Source of the DNA: Xylographa opegraphella
Taxonomy: Eukaryota
Reading direction: 5' to 3'
Assembly: GCA_022813865.1 (NCBI GenBank)
Contig: JALDZX010000020.1
Span: 248,001 to 312,000 of the forward strand
DNA length: 64,000 nucleotides
This document shows positions 13,653 through 25,765 of this stretch, piece after piece (the first letter of the stretch is position 1; every line of letters starts with the position of its first letter). Under the pieces are notes generated by a model. The model worked only from the letters and a program-made list of their open reading frames with translations, made no database searches and was not told the origin of the DNA. The position numbers and the translations under genes are program-made.

Positions 13653-14328
13653 TCACACCGTCCTCCGATCCGTCATCACCCGCACCACGCTCCCCAGCCC
13701 CACCACCTCCACCAGCTTCTCATGCCAACTCAGCAGCACGCTCATCGCCTGCCCGCCGCCCTCCCCACCCCCTCTCGCCACGGCATGGATCTGCGAGAAG
13801 CCCGTCGGCTGCGGGTCCACGGTCCTGCCAGCCGCGGCCGGCGGCGGCTGCGACGAGTGCGACATGCCTTTGTACCTGTACGCCACGCCCGCAGCATCAG
13901 CTGTGTATTCCCATGACAACGTTCGTTCCTCCCCAGCCCCGCCCGGGCAGAGGGGCGCGGGAACAGCTCACTCACAGGTATTTCATCAACACGTCCAGGG
14001 CGTCCGCGCCCGCGGCGTCGGCGCTCATGCGCGCCAGCAGCGGCGACATCTCGGCCTGCTTGATGGACTGCAGGATCTCGACCACGGTGGCGAGGTGGAT
14101 GTCCTTGACGCCCGCGTCGCCGCCGTAGGGCGCGTTCTCCAGCGCGCCCCGCAGCGCGCCTTCGGCGTCGCCGCCGCGCAGGAGTTGGCGCACCTGTGCG
14201 GCGAGGGCGTGTGCGTCGCCGGTAGAGATGGGGGTTGGGGGGGGGGCGAGGGTGGTGGTGTCGAAGTTGGAGGGCGAGTCCGGGTCGAGGAGGTCGATGT
14301 TTATTGTGCGCCAGTTTGTGGTTGCCAT
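13653..14328 (-). CDS. arc15: Arp2/3 complex subunit 5 (ARPC5/Arc15); exons 14328-13976 and 13875-13653
   Basis: NWRTINIDLLDP, DVLMKYL|YKGM and MSVLLSWHEKLVEVVGLGSVVRVMTDRRTV. Confidence 0.92.
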
Positions 14329-14342
14329 TGTGGGGGGTGGGG

Positions 14343-14411
14343 NNNNNNNNNNNNNNNNNNNNNNNNNNNNNNNNNNNNNNNNNNNNNNNNNNNNNNNNNN
14401 NNNNNNNNNNN
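14343..14411. other. Assembly gap (N run) next to a G-rich tract
   Basis: Ns in the sequence, preceded by G-runs. Confidence 0.99.
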
Positions 14412-17400
14412 GGAAGGAGGGTTGGTGAGAGGTTGTGGGTAGAGGTTGTGGGTAACTGTAGAGTACGGTAGGTAGTTAAAGCTGTGAAATCCGCTAGGCC
14501 GGATAGATGATAGCGTAGCCCTGATTGTTTTTTCGGCTAGTGTGACGTGGTAGATAATCTACCTTATTCTCTCTCTAATCTACGATCCACCCAATCTCCC
14601 AATACAGCCGTTTTGCTATCGAGCTCCATGCTAGGAACAACATACGGTACACAGGTATCGTTCACAGCGCGGCCATGCGTCTGGAGTAGATCTCAACCGA
14701 TCACGCGGGATTGCCGACAGCAGTAGCCATCTGGCTCGTCTCCACAGCAGTGTTTAAAGTTGTGATGCACGGAATGGTTGTAGTTCGTCATATTGATCCG
14801 GCACGGCACATCCATTTAAATAAATTTTCTTAAATTCCAAACATTCAATTACGAATTATAAAAATTTGAATTTAATTCTCCCGTAGCCGACCCGCTGGAC
14901 AGATAGTTTGCATCATGAATTATGGTCGGACTCCATAGTGGTAGTGACAGCGACCACGAAGCTCATCGTAACTCCCAAAGGGCGCGGTGGATAACCATAG
15001 AAGCACAGCTTGAACAAACGCAAATTCTCACAAACAACGGGGCGCTGATGCCGGGCACCCACGAAGGAGATAAAGATACTCAAATAAGTCTACTCGACGC
15101 GATCGGTCGACCCTCGATTGCCTCATGAATCACCTCAAGGCAGACGGGCAATCACGGTCGAATCACCTGCTCACCTTCGGCATGCCACTTTCGTAAGATA
15201 CGCGGGCTTCCCATGGTTTCTGGCCTGACGATTCTTGGTTTTGGAGGGACGAGGTGGTTTTAGGAGCTTCGTGCGGGCGAGGACGCAGAGCCGGAACGGA
15301 CCCCGAGGTGAGTTTTCTTGGCAAGTAGCTTGGTGATGGAGCGATGTCGGGCTGCAGCGTATTCTTGGTAACTTGGTGGAGCTCAGGGAGAAAGTTACTG
15401 GCGAGCTTCTGGAAGCGCACGAGACGAGGACAGGAGCAGACGAAAAGGGGGTCGGATTTCGCAGTGGGTTGTATGAAAGGGGCGTTGGAGGATTTGGTGG
15501 ATTTCTAAAATCCAGATATGATCACCTTGGGTGATGGGCCTTGGGTGGGTGCAGCTGTTCGCCTTCGGTAATGGCTGAATTAGCAAACATCAATCATCCT
15601 GAGAGAATATGAGATTTATGGATCAGACCTCTCGACGCGACAACGTGCTGACTAATGGCAAGAAACCAGCGCATAGTGTGGGCGAACTGGCATTTTCAAC
15701 CCCCTCTCAGCCGTGACGCAGTCGGTTCAGAGACCGGAGGAATGCATCCCGATACCTGACCCAGAGCGCTTACCAGCGGCCGAAGCAAATCCCAAATGTC
15801 ATCCTCTGGGAGCCATGAAGGAAGAGGGGTCCAGGAGACTCGCTGATGGTGGCACACGGCTTTGCATTCCTTGCGCTATCAAAAAGGATTCGACAGCCGT
15901 TTCGTCGGAAGGATGGAAGTTGACATTGCCGGAGATAAGATTTCCACCAACCCGCCACTCGCTAGCTGCTAGGATATGGCCAATCCAGCTTTCCGGATGT
16001 TTTGTGCAGCAAGCACACGATGGGGGTCATCTGAGAGGGCTTTTTGGGATGCGAGAGTCAGCGCTCCGTGGGTCGTCCATCCGGTCTGGCCGGAGTCGCA
16101 CCGAGCGATTCGATGTAATGTAATATAATGTAATGTAAATGTATGTGCTCGTGCAAGCATCTGGGTCGATGCCAACGCAGCCTAGATTGTTCGATCCCGT
16201 CGTCGAAACGCGGCCCGGGCATGACCCAACGAAGTCCTTCAATCTTAAGTCCCACCACTCGATCGGTCTCGCCTGAGTGGCTCTGGGAGTGGCTCTGGAG
16301 ATTCCGTCTGGACAAACGCCGATGGAACGACAAAGCTTTTGCCAGATCGGGCAGGTGCCGGTTGGATAAGCATGTCCTGTGGGCGTCATCGCTGAGGCAC
16401 GGGTGCGTGGGATGTCAGTGGAACCCCCCACATGATTCTTCAGACAACAGGCTGGTCAGAGTCCGGACTGAGTCACGGTGGCGGAGGTGTATGAGCGGAT
16501 TATTGTCAGATACGAGGTGGGAAAGCAGATGCAGTCGGTGTGTAATAAAGTCATGATGGAACGAGATGCAAGCTGCAACGCGTGTAACACATAAATTCAC
16601 GAATCTTTTTATAGTAGTCTCCCTTACCTCTTACCAAACATAGTACATGCAGCATCAAATGCTTCCATTCTTCTCTGCCCGCCATCCCATGGAGAAGCAT
16701 GTACGCCGGTGCGGGTGCGGCCGGTCCGACAGGATGACAGGGACGTGTCAGCAACGAACTCGTGGCACACTACTGCCGTGTCACGCTGAGGGCGCGACGG
16801 CAAAAGGGGGGAAGGCGAAGGCGAAGGCGAAGGGCTGCGCAACGTTGATCCACGAAACAATGCAGTCATCATTCTTTCGGTGTCGCAGCCTCCTCCCCTT
16901 CACCGATCACGCACGTGGGGCGGGTGGTCGATTATGTAGCCTAATCTTAGGCTCTCTGCACCTAGTCTGTCTGCCACGAGGTTCACATGGTAACCCGCCC
17001 CCCATCTGCTCCGGCAAGGCTTAGCCACTACACCCTCCCCCCCCCCGAACTTGCGACGTTTCCGAGATGGACCGTTGCATTTCGGGGCAGCGTGAGTTCC
17101 TGCCCCGAGGCGGGGCGGTGGGAAGTGGTGGTGGCACTACCGATGTTGCAAGCTACCTTAGGTTGCCTACCTAGAGGTATTTTTCGGGACTACTACTCCG
17201 TATGGCATGTAGACTACCGTACCTACCTTACTGTGACGAAAGCCGTTTGAGGGAGGATTATTAAGGTGCACTAAGCACTACCCGTACTTGCCGGCCTCGG
17301 GCCTACGATGCTTAGCAATTTCTCCTGTAACGGGGGTGGCAAGCGAAGTCTGATGATATACCACAGTAGTACAGTAAGTACTACGTTCAATATCATCACA

Positions 17401-17617
17401 CCTTCTTGACTGGGTCGGCGAAGGCAGTTGGTGGAGCAGATTCCTGATTGGGGAAGCAGTGAGTGGTCCTGCGCCGTCCCGTCCGATCCAAACAGGTGTC
17501 GAAAAGGATGCATCTGCAGCGATGCACACATCGCCGGAATGTCACGGCGATCTGGAATGTCCAGCATCATCTCAATGCACGCTGCGCGATATTCCATCGT
17601 TTCGGTGGGCAGCGTGG

Positions 17618-17635
17618 CACACACACACACACACA
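17618..17635. repeat. (CA)9 microsatellite
   Basis: Read directly from the sequence. Confidence 0.9.
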
Positions 17636-20593
17636 CCAACGGAGATCGGGATTTGACGAGTACCGGTTCATGCCCAATGGCGTCGGGAATGCGTCCGCGA
17701 AACTTACTGACTACCTTAGGTCCCACATTCCTTTTTTGCACTCGCGTCGACAGCGTGCACGTCTGCCGGCCAATAGAACGGCACTGTGACCCATGATCCC
17801 TGAAGCAAAGGAAAATTCGGATTGACGAAATGCCTTGCCGTCGTCGAAACACTCCGTGATTATGATTGTGCTGCGTGGGGTGCGACAAGCTTCCTCATCC
17901 TTTGTTGGGCCGTCACGCCCGGTCATGCCACGTACCTCGCGACTTCTTTTGCGGCCTCAGAGGCTGTGTTCGATTTGTCACCGTCTAGGTAGACTCGACG
18001 ACGGAATGCGCTTCGACCAGCTCATTTGCCAGACCCTTTTAGTGCCGGCAGATGAACTTTGGGATTGACAGGTCATTAAGCAACGTTTAGCAAGCGAGTG
18101 TAAAAGCCGGCCGTCGTAGTCCTCGTGTCTTGACTTTTGGGGAGCAGCACCATGCCCGCCATTGAAGAAACTAGTCAGTGAAAAGGTTGGGGCCGGCGTT
18201 GCCCTTCAGACGAGCACATGGCAGCGGAAGCGCTCCCTGGTGCCTAGTGCGCAGGATCCCAGGATCTAGGAATGGGCTCGAAGCCGTTTAATTGTCGCGC
18301 GATGATTCCTATTGGAACACCGTCATGGACGGTATACGAACGGTAAGAATTAAGTCGACTTCCGCTCGGCGGAACGAGACAGCACATCCGATCCATGGGG
18401 CCAGTGGTGGTGGTGGTGCTATTGGGTTTCGCCATGGCAGTGGGAAAGGGATGGGTGTCCCTTCCGTCGACGCCGTTGGAGGAGCGAAGGAGCGCGTCGC
18501 AAGGCATCCACGCCGGGTCGCTGGTGATTATTGCGACACGACAACACGAACGACGACGTTGGCCGCGCTCGAGGCCAGCGTCGCACGAGGGCGTGGCCAG
18601 CGGTCATTGTGCATGCGCCAACGAGGCTGTCGGGGACCAGCAGTCCCCGATGCGATTCTTTCGATTCGTTCATGCGTGGCCATGGTGCCTTCTACCGCCC
18701 TTCTAGCCTGAGCAGATTGTGAGCACTAGGTTCGCGTGCAGGAGGCTCAGATGGAATCAATAATCTTGGGGTCTTGGGATGGCTCCCCAAGCCCGCAGCT
18801 TCGGGTTCAGCTAGACGCAGATACGTTTCTCGAGCCATGGTCGTGCTCGACCACCGTACACGCGACGGTTGCGCCTCTTCGACCCCGTCCCACGCGCACA
18901 GTCAGAAAGCTGACCACCCTCTTTGCGATAAGCCAGGCACTGCGTTGAGGCACCTCTGGCGTGGTCGTGTAAGGTGTTATTCTGGGAAGACAACCGGGCC
19001 GCGCCTCATCTCTCACGTCAAGTAGTGGACTCGAGCGAAGATTGGGCTTGAAATCGGGGGTTTATTTTGTAATTCTCTCAGCCGGCGGTCGCGGGCGCAC
19101 GTTTGATTGGAGGGTCAGATGTGCATTTTGGCCTCTCTTGTCCCGACTTACTGTGTATGAATCACACACACCTGTAAAGCCCCTTTGGGTTCAGTCATGC
19201 TACCATGTGTCGATGACTCCTTTTCCGATACCGCGACGGGCAAGGCAGCGACGATGAGCAGCATGCCAATGATAATCCCCGTCGTTGACCTTGTCCAGTC
19301 GCCCATCCCCGAGCAAGCGATCCCCGTCTGACCGCGTCCGCTGGGAATGAGGCTTGGAACGCTTTGAGGCAAAGTGGCTTCCACGCTGCTGCAGGTACCG
19401 GATTGGGGAGACCGGGATGCAGGATAGCTAGCAGCCTCCCCCCTCTTCTCGAGCCTTTAGCGGCCCCTAACCCGCTATCCAAGCCCCCAAAGTCCCCCAA
19501 GTCCCCTCAAGTGCTGAAAGGCCCTGGGAGAAAACGTCGAGCTTGCAGCTTCCGCTGGACATGGGTCATCGATGCTAAGGTGAGCTAGCCATCGCCGTAT
19601 CAGGCATCCATCCCAGTCATTCTCTCTCTCTCCATCGCCTGCAAATAATGAGAGCCTCTCTCTCCCCCCACCCCTGTTGCAGGAAGCGACGTCTGAAACG
19701 CAGTCTTCTTTGCCTCCCCGAAAGAAAAGAGACACTCACCCATGATCCAGTCAGGACGAAGACCAAAGATCCCGCCCGTGCGTCATCAGGGAAGAACCTA
19801 GACATGCCAGCCTTGAACATCCTCCTCCTCCCCTCCCCTAAACCACCCTTGCCCTTTCTCTACCTTACCTCTTCCCCCTACCTCACCTTACCTTACCCTA
19901 CCTTTACCGTACCCTGACTGCTCCCAACGCCCGTTCGGGCCTGTTTAGATTTACGTAGGGATCCAAGGGATAGCTAAATTTCCATCGACCCCCCCCAGAA
20001 TGTCTCGGTTGTCTAGGGGTATCGGCATGAGTTTATATTCCCCATCCGCCGCTCGTCCCAGACTCTTTGCTGGAAGGGAAAAAAAAACACATAAAAAAAC
20101 ACTCTCGTGCAGTGGTTTCATTTTCTTGTTCATTATTCTTTACCCGCGACACTCTTTGATTCTCTGCCTTACCGGTGTAACTCGGCCTGCCGTCCCCCCC
20201 CCCCCCTCCTCCTCCAGTGGACCAGGATCCACAAATCAAAAGGAACACAAAAGTCCATCTTTCCTTTCCGGTCAATCAAAAAGCGACCTGTCGCAGGATC
20301 GGTTCCGAAACTCTTAGGGCCCCCAAATCTGACGGCTTGAGAAAAGCGTTCCCCTGCCTGGCCCTATATTACATGAAGGTGCATCCAAAAGCATCCACCT
20401 CGCTCTCTCTCCACCAGAGTTGGCCGTATTCTAAAAACTTACCGATTCGTCTCACCTGCATCGAACGGATCTTCGGACATCCCAGGTGTCACATCCTCTT
20501 TCAGCTCGATCCGAGCTCTGTACAATCAGCAGCATAGCCCTCTCTACTTGTGAGTCAGCTCCCCGGCACTGGGCAGCCCGGCCGTTGATATGA

Positions 20594-20601
20594 TATATAA
20601 A
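20594..20601 (+). promoter_or_regulatory. TATA box (TATATAAA) followed by a CT-rich leader
   Basis: Canonical TATA about 140 nt upstream of ATG 20736, followed by a pyrimidine-rich tract typical of fungal transcription-start regions. Confidence 0.6.
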
Positions 20602-20735
20602 TTCCGTCCCAGTCTTCCTCAGTTGCATTCCTTCTTCATCACCCCCATCATCGGCTCTCACACTGACTCACGCTTCCACGCCTCCGCAGCTTCACTCTCG
20701 ATTTCATGATCACCAGACCAGACACATCAATCAAC

Positions 20736-20804
20736 ATGGGCAGAGGCGCATACGACACAACCGGCGTTCCCAAGCCGCAGAACCCTCCTTCCAAGCGGTA
20801 TTGA
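20736..20804 (+). CDS. Candidate micropeptide MGRGAYDTTGVPKPQNPPSKRY (22 aa unspliced; may be extended by splicing)
   Basis: TCAAC-ATG-G start context, upstream TATA and CT box, mostly C/G-ending codons, downstream branch site GACTAA and CAGTAG acceptor at 21015-21031. Below the ORF-track length cutoff. Confidence 0.5.
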   Translation: MGRGAYDTTGVPKPQNPPSKRY

Positions 20805-22244
20805 TCGCGGCCGACTCGCCGTGGTCTCGTGTCCCCGCGCCCGCCAGTGCCAGTGCCCAGCATCGGCATCCGCACCACTTCCAGGCCGCAATGCCCGCAA
20901 CACCTCTGCCAAACTTTGTTGTCGTTGCCTGTTCGCGGAAGGAGGGCGTTGGGGCGAAAGAGGCTACTCGAGGCGAGGTGAATGGTGCCATCTATTATTA
21001 CCGTGCATACGTGTGACTAATCATGCAGTAGGCTGACCACCCTAAGAAACACCGTCCATTGTCCATTCTTGCTACCACGGCGACTCTCCCCATCTTCGTT
21101 TCCGCTTCGACCACCACCGACTCCCTGTTCCTTCGGGCATTCCGGCCGTTTGCCTGTCTGCCACCACCAGCATCGGTACCAGTACCAATCGCGACCTTTT
21201 CAGCATTGCGCTGTATCACCACCTTTCCATTCCAGCGAGCGACCTTTCTGCGAACACACACGTGAGCGGTCTTTTTGTTTTTCGTTCTTGCATTGATTAC
21301 GACATTCGTTGCATTGGGTAGCCTTCCGGCAAAAGTGATAGACTTTCGGCGTTCTTGGGCATAGAATTGGGTGGACATCGGGTATGGGAAAAACAAGGAT
21401 ACCACTATAGACCTTTTGGAGACTTCACAGTCGATTGGATGGGAAACAGAGAATTTGTACCAGTACGCTTCAACCACGGGTTCAATACGGGCGGTTGGGA
21501 TCTTGCAGACTGGCAGAAACTTGCAGCTTCGGATTGCGCCTGATGTTCTGGAACGGTGCTGGGGAGACGAGGGCCGGGCTGGTCCCATGATATGATTATG
21601 CTTAGATTCCGCGGAATTAGATTGTCAATTTACAATATTTGCTCCTTCATTGCAGCTCAAAGTCCGCAAGTGGCCTCATGAACAGTATTGCGACGGTGAT
21701 CAAGACAAGCGACCTTAGAGGGGGGATGGGCAATAGGACACAAGCCAGTGTGCGCCAAGCGAAAAACGACACCACGTCGGACGCTGGATGGGATGGTCGA
21801 AAGAGGAATCTGGCTAGAAAGTATCGAGGAAGACTAAAAAGCGGCCAAAAATATCCTCCTCTGGCTGAAATCAAATGATCCAACGCTGCAGAAACTGCAG
21901 ACCGTATCCGAGCCACTAAAAGATTCCTGGGCTTCTTCGCTCCTCAAAGGCCAAGAAACCCGCTGTTAGGCTCTATTCGACGTCACTCGCAAACGAATCG
22001 TCGAACCAGCCGCCAAATTCCCCCAACGGATCCAATCAGCACCGTGAAGGCATACGATCCATCACTTCCGCCCTTATCGATATTCTATTCTCGACCTCAC
22101 GCCATCGTGCTTCGAGCTATAGCCGTTGCGAGATCAGGCCCTGAAGCCGCGGCGGACCGTAGTGCTTCAGCTCCACCCGGTCCCCGCACCCTCGTATCTG
22201 AGCCCGCGTTCGACCTCAGCTGTTTCACTCGCCCCGTAGCCTTG

Positions 22245-23118
22245 ATGGCAGAGTCCACGCCCAACATCCCGAAGCCGTCGAGCAGCGTGAAGCTGGTGCT
22301 GCTCGGGGAGGCCGCCGTAGGGAAGGTATGCTTCACGAGGGGGATATTGACGATTCTGTGTCTCCGCTAATCTGGCAACCTTACCAACAGTCGTCACTCG
22401 TCCTCCGCTTCGTGAACAACGACTTCCAAGAGAACAAAGAGCCGACTATTGGCGGTACTTAACCTCCTTCGCGCTAGAGCGTTGTAAGAATGGGAAAACT
22501 AATACGAGACTTGTCACTTCTGCAGCTGCGTTCCTGACCCAGAAATGCCAACTCCCAACGCGGACCATCAAGTTCGAAATCTGGGACACCGCCGGTCAAG
22601 AGCGGTTCGCCAGTCTCGCTCCGATGTACTATCGGAATGCACAGTCGGCCCTGGTCGTCTATGACCTGACCAAGCCGACCTCGCTCATCAAAGCCAAGCA
22701 CTGGGTTGCGGAACTACAGCGCCAAGCCTCTCCCGGCATCGTTATTGCTCTGGTGGGAAACAAACTCGATTTGACAGCCCAAAGTGGGGGCGAAAGCGAG
22801 TCAACGGGAGGCGAGGATGGGGAGGCCGATGGCGAAGCCGTGGAAGGGGATGCGAGGAAGGTAAGCACAAAGGAGGCAAGATCGTACGCCGAAGAGGAGG
22901 GCTTGCTCTTCTTTGAGACAAGCGCCAAAGAAGGAACCGGTGTACAAGAAGTCTTCACGGCTATCGCGAGCGCCATCCCCGAAACACAACTAAAAGGGGC
23001 GCGAGGAGGGCCAGGAGCGGGAGCGGCTATCGCTGGAGCACAGGCGAGGTCGGACGAAGGGCGCGTCAATCTGACTGGGGCCGGACAACAAGGTGCGAAA
23101 GAAGGGTGTGCATGCTGA
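22245..23118 (+). CDS. vps21: Rab5-family GTPase (Vps21/Ypt51-like); exons 22245-22325, 22391-22454, 22526-23118
   Basis: [44 protein letters not shown] and a C-terminal CAC prenylation motif. Confidence 0.93.
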
Positions 23119-23952
23119 GTTCCATCAAATTTGGGTGTGTGCAGATGGGATGAAGATGAGAAGTGCAGAGTGATTGGCGGTGTTGCATGAAGATGCACGA
23201 CCGTTTACGTCCGTTCCTCCATCGTTTGGAGCGTTCATATCCGATTTGAGAGTCCGATCATCATCCCTGATAGGTGTGGGCGTTTGGGCAACATCGGCTT
23301 GTTTAATTCCGTAGATTGGTCAAAGAAAACCTCGTCGGCCATGGTTACACCTACCACATATATCCTACAGCGCGAGTGAGTGATCCAAACCGTTATGCCG
23401 GTCTCGGGATCATACTTTTGCATGTACTTCTATATGGTCGAGTTTGCAGTACCTCTGTATGCATGCCTGCGCTCGACCGAGTAGCAATATGTGGTAGCCG
23501 AAGAAGTCCACCAATTAGAGATACCGGGTATGGTCTTGGCGTAGGCAACGGCACTGCAGTTGAGACATCCGAACTTGATGGTTCTAGCATCGTGAGGAAT
23601 CGAATAGATCACCGGGCTTTGTTATCAAAGAACTGTAGTCGGACGCTTTAGGGCAAGCCTGCGGTGTTCGCGATGCAGGCAACAAAAAGTCCACGCCCTA
23701 CTCCGGACTTCTGAAGCGCGACGTCATTTTCTTTTTTTGGCCGTGCCTTTCGCTTTTGTGATTTTTCTTGGTTCGCTGTCCTTCGAACAAAAACACACGT
23801 TATGCAATAATGCTCACTTCCAGCAACGACCGGGCACGGCAGCTGTCCTTTTGTCCATTGTTTGTGTCAGCGAGGAAGTCCTAGCAGACCCTATCTCAAT
23901 CTATCGGACCTGTCGCACCTCTCTCACTTACACATATCCTCTCTGTACCACG

Positions 23953-25048
23953 ATGTCCTCTCTGAAGCCCACCCGCCGCCACGGCGCCTCCACGGTTCAA
24001 CTCCCGAGCACCCAAGCAGCGCAGCCACCTCGCCCACCACCTACGCGCTCTCCTCTCCTGCCCACCCCGCGGGAAGCGCTCCTGCTCGCCATCTACCCCT
24101 CCACCCTCCTCCTCGGCTCGCTCTTCTCGCTGCTCAACCCCCTCTCGCGCGCGGCCCCCTACTCCGCCGTCCTGCAGTCCCACCCGCCCGCCTTCGCGCC
24201 CTCCTATTTCGCGCGCAAGAAGAACCTCTTCAACGTCTTCTTCGTCAAGATCGGCTGGTTCTGGACCACCCTCGCCTTCGTCGTCTTCCTCCTGCTGCAC
24301 CCCAGCACGGGCCCGCCCCGCAGCGTGGTGCTCACTCCGCGGCGCGCGCAGGCTTTCGTGCGCTACATGCTGGTGACGGCGTGGTGGGTGCTGGTCACGC
24401 AGTGGTTCTTCGGCCCGGGCCTGGTGGACCGGAGTTTCCTGTGGACGGGCGGCCAGTGCGAGCTCGTGCGCACGGAGGAGGGCAGGGATGGGATGAGCGA
24501 GACGCGGCAGTTCGTCACGGGCGCGGCGTGTAAGCTTGCCGGGGGCAGCTGGAAGGGAGGGCACGATATTAGCGGGCACGTCTTCTTGCTCGTCCTCGGC
24601 AGCGCGTTCCTGTGGCTGGAGATCCTGCCGGTCGTGATGCGGCACGCAGGGTTCAGGGAGCAGAGGCTCATCGTGCACGAGGACGGCGGCGTGAGGAGCG
24701 CGGAGGCGGAGGTGCGGACGGCGGTCGCGAAGGAGGACAGGGGGGAGGGGGAGGGGGAGGTGGAGGCGGAGACGGGGGTCAGCGTCCCCGTCGTCGTGGC
24801 CGGGTTGTCGTGGTGGATGCTGCTGATGACGGCGGCCTATTTTCATACCTGGTTCGAGAAGGTGAGTGCACATCCGTGCCGCTTGGGGGCTTGGGGGCTT
24901 AGGGGCTGGGGGGGGAAGGTTGTTGCTGATGCTGATGTGAGGACAGTTCACCGGGCTCGTGGTCGCTTTCGCGGGGCTTTTTGTCGTCTACTTCCTTCCG
25001 AGGGCGCTGCCGACTATGAGGGCTTTGGTGGGTATGCCGGGGGTATAG
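23953..25048 (+). CDS. scs3: FIT-family acyl-CoA diphosphatase (Scs3-like); exons 23953-24861 and 24947-25048
   Basis: YFARKKNLFNVFFVKIGWFWT, TQWFFGPGLVDR, GGHDISGHVFLL and MLLMTAAYFHTWFEK|FTG. Confidence 0.92.
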
Positions 25049-25244
25049 GCATGGCTGCCATTTAGTGGGAAGGGTGGCTCGATGGGCATGAGGCAATGAG
25101 GGACGGCTATCTCGCTTCTTGCGGGACTATTGAAGCAGCTCGGCGGCCGTTACGTGTGGGAAGCGAGGAGTGCGGGATAATGGGCTCTTTGGGACAAGGG
25201 CATGGTTTGGTGGTGGGGGGGCTTGGGTGGGGGCTTGGGTCTGT

Positions 25245-25550
25245 CTGTCGACCTTCAATCAATGGGCTTGCTCTGCCGAAGTTCTTTGGGCACTTTCTAT
25301 GGAAGGAGGGTTGCTGATATGGTGGCCTGTGTTGATCTGTCAACTAAGGGGTATGCTCTCCCGAAGTTTCGGTGGCACTTCTGACGGGACGAGGGGATGG
25401 TTCGTTGATTTCGCAGCCTCAATTTGTCAACCTTCCTTGATATGGTGGCCTGTGTCATTGATCAACCTTTGTTGAATACGGCGGCCTGTGTCTATCTATC
25501 AACCAAGGGGTATGCTCTCCCGAACTTCCTTTGCCACTTCTTCTCTATGG
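25245..25550. repeat. Degenerate local tandem/modular repeat
   Basis: AAGGGGTATGCTCTCCCGAA is exact at 25346-25365 and 25505-25524. TGATATGGTGGCCTGTGT is exact at 25315-25332 and 25438-25455. Further diverged copies lie near 25262 and 25475. Confidence 0.8.
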
Positions 25551-25765
25551 TATGATCTGCGCGGTGAGGTACCCGGACACTCTACTGGTACTGTTTACCT
25601 CACCTTCACGCGAGTAACAGCCGAATCACAGTAAGACGCTAAAGGCCCTCTCTCGCTTCGGGGTTCATACTTTCATCTGATCTCTGATCTGCAACCTTCA
25701 TCTTCACCTTTGAGTTCTAATCCCTTCACCCAATCCGTTGCGTTGGCAGCGGTTTTCCCCATCTG

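Noticed and set aside
25245..25550. CRISPR-like array
   Set aside because: Eukaryotic context, irregular spacing, and the intervening sequences are themselves related to each other.
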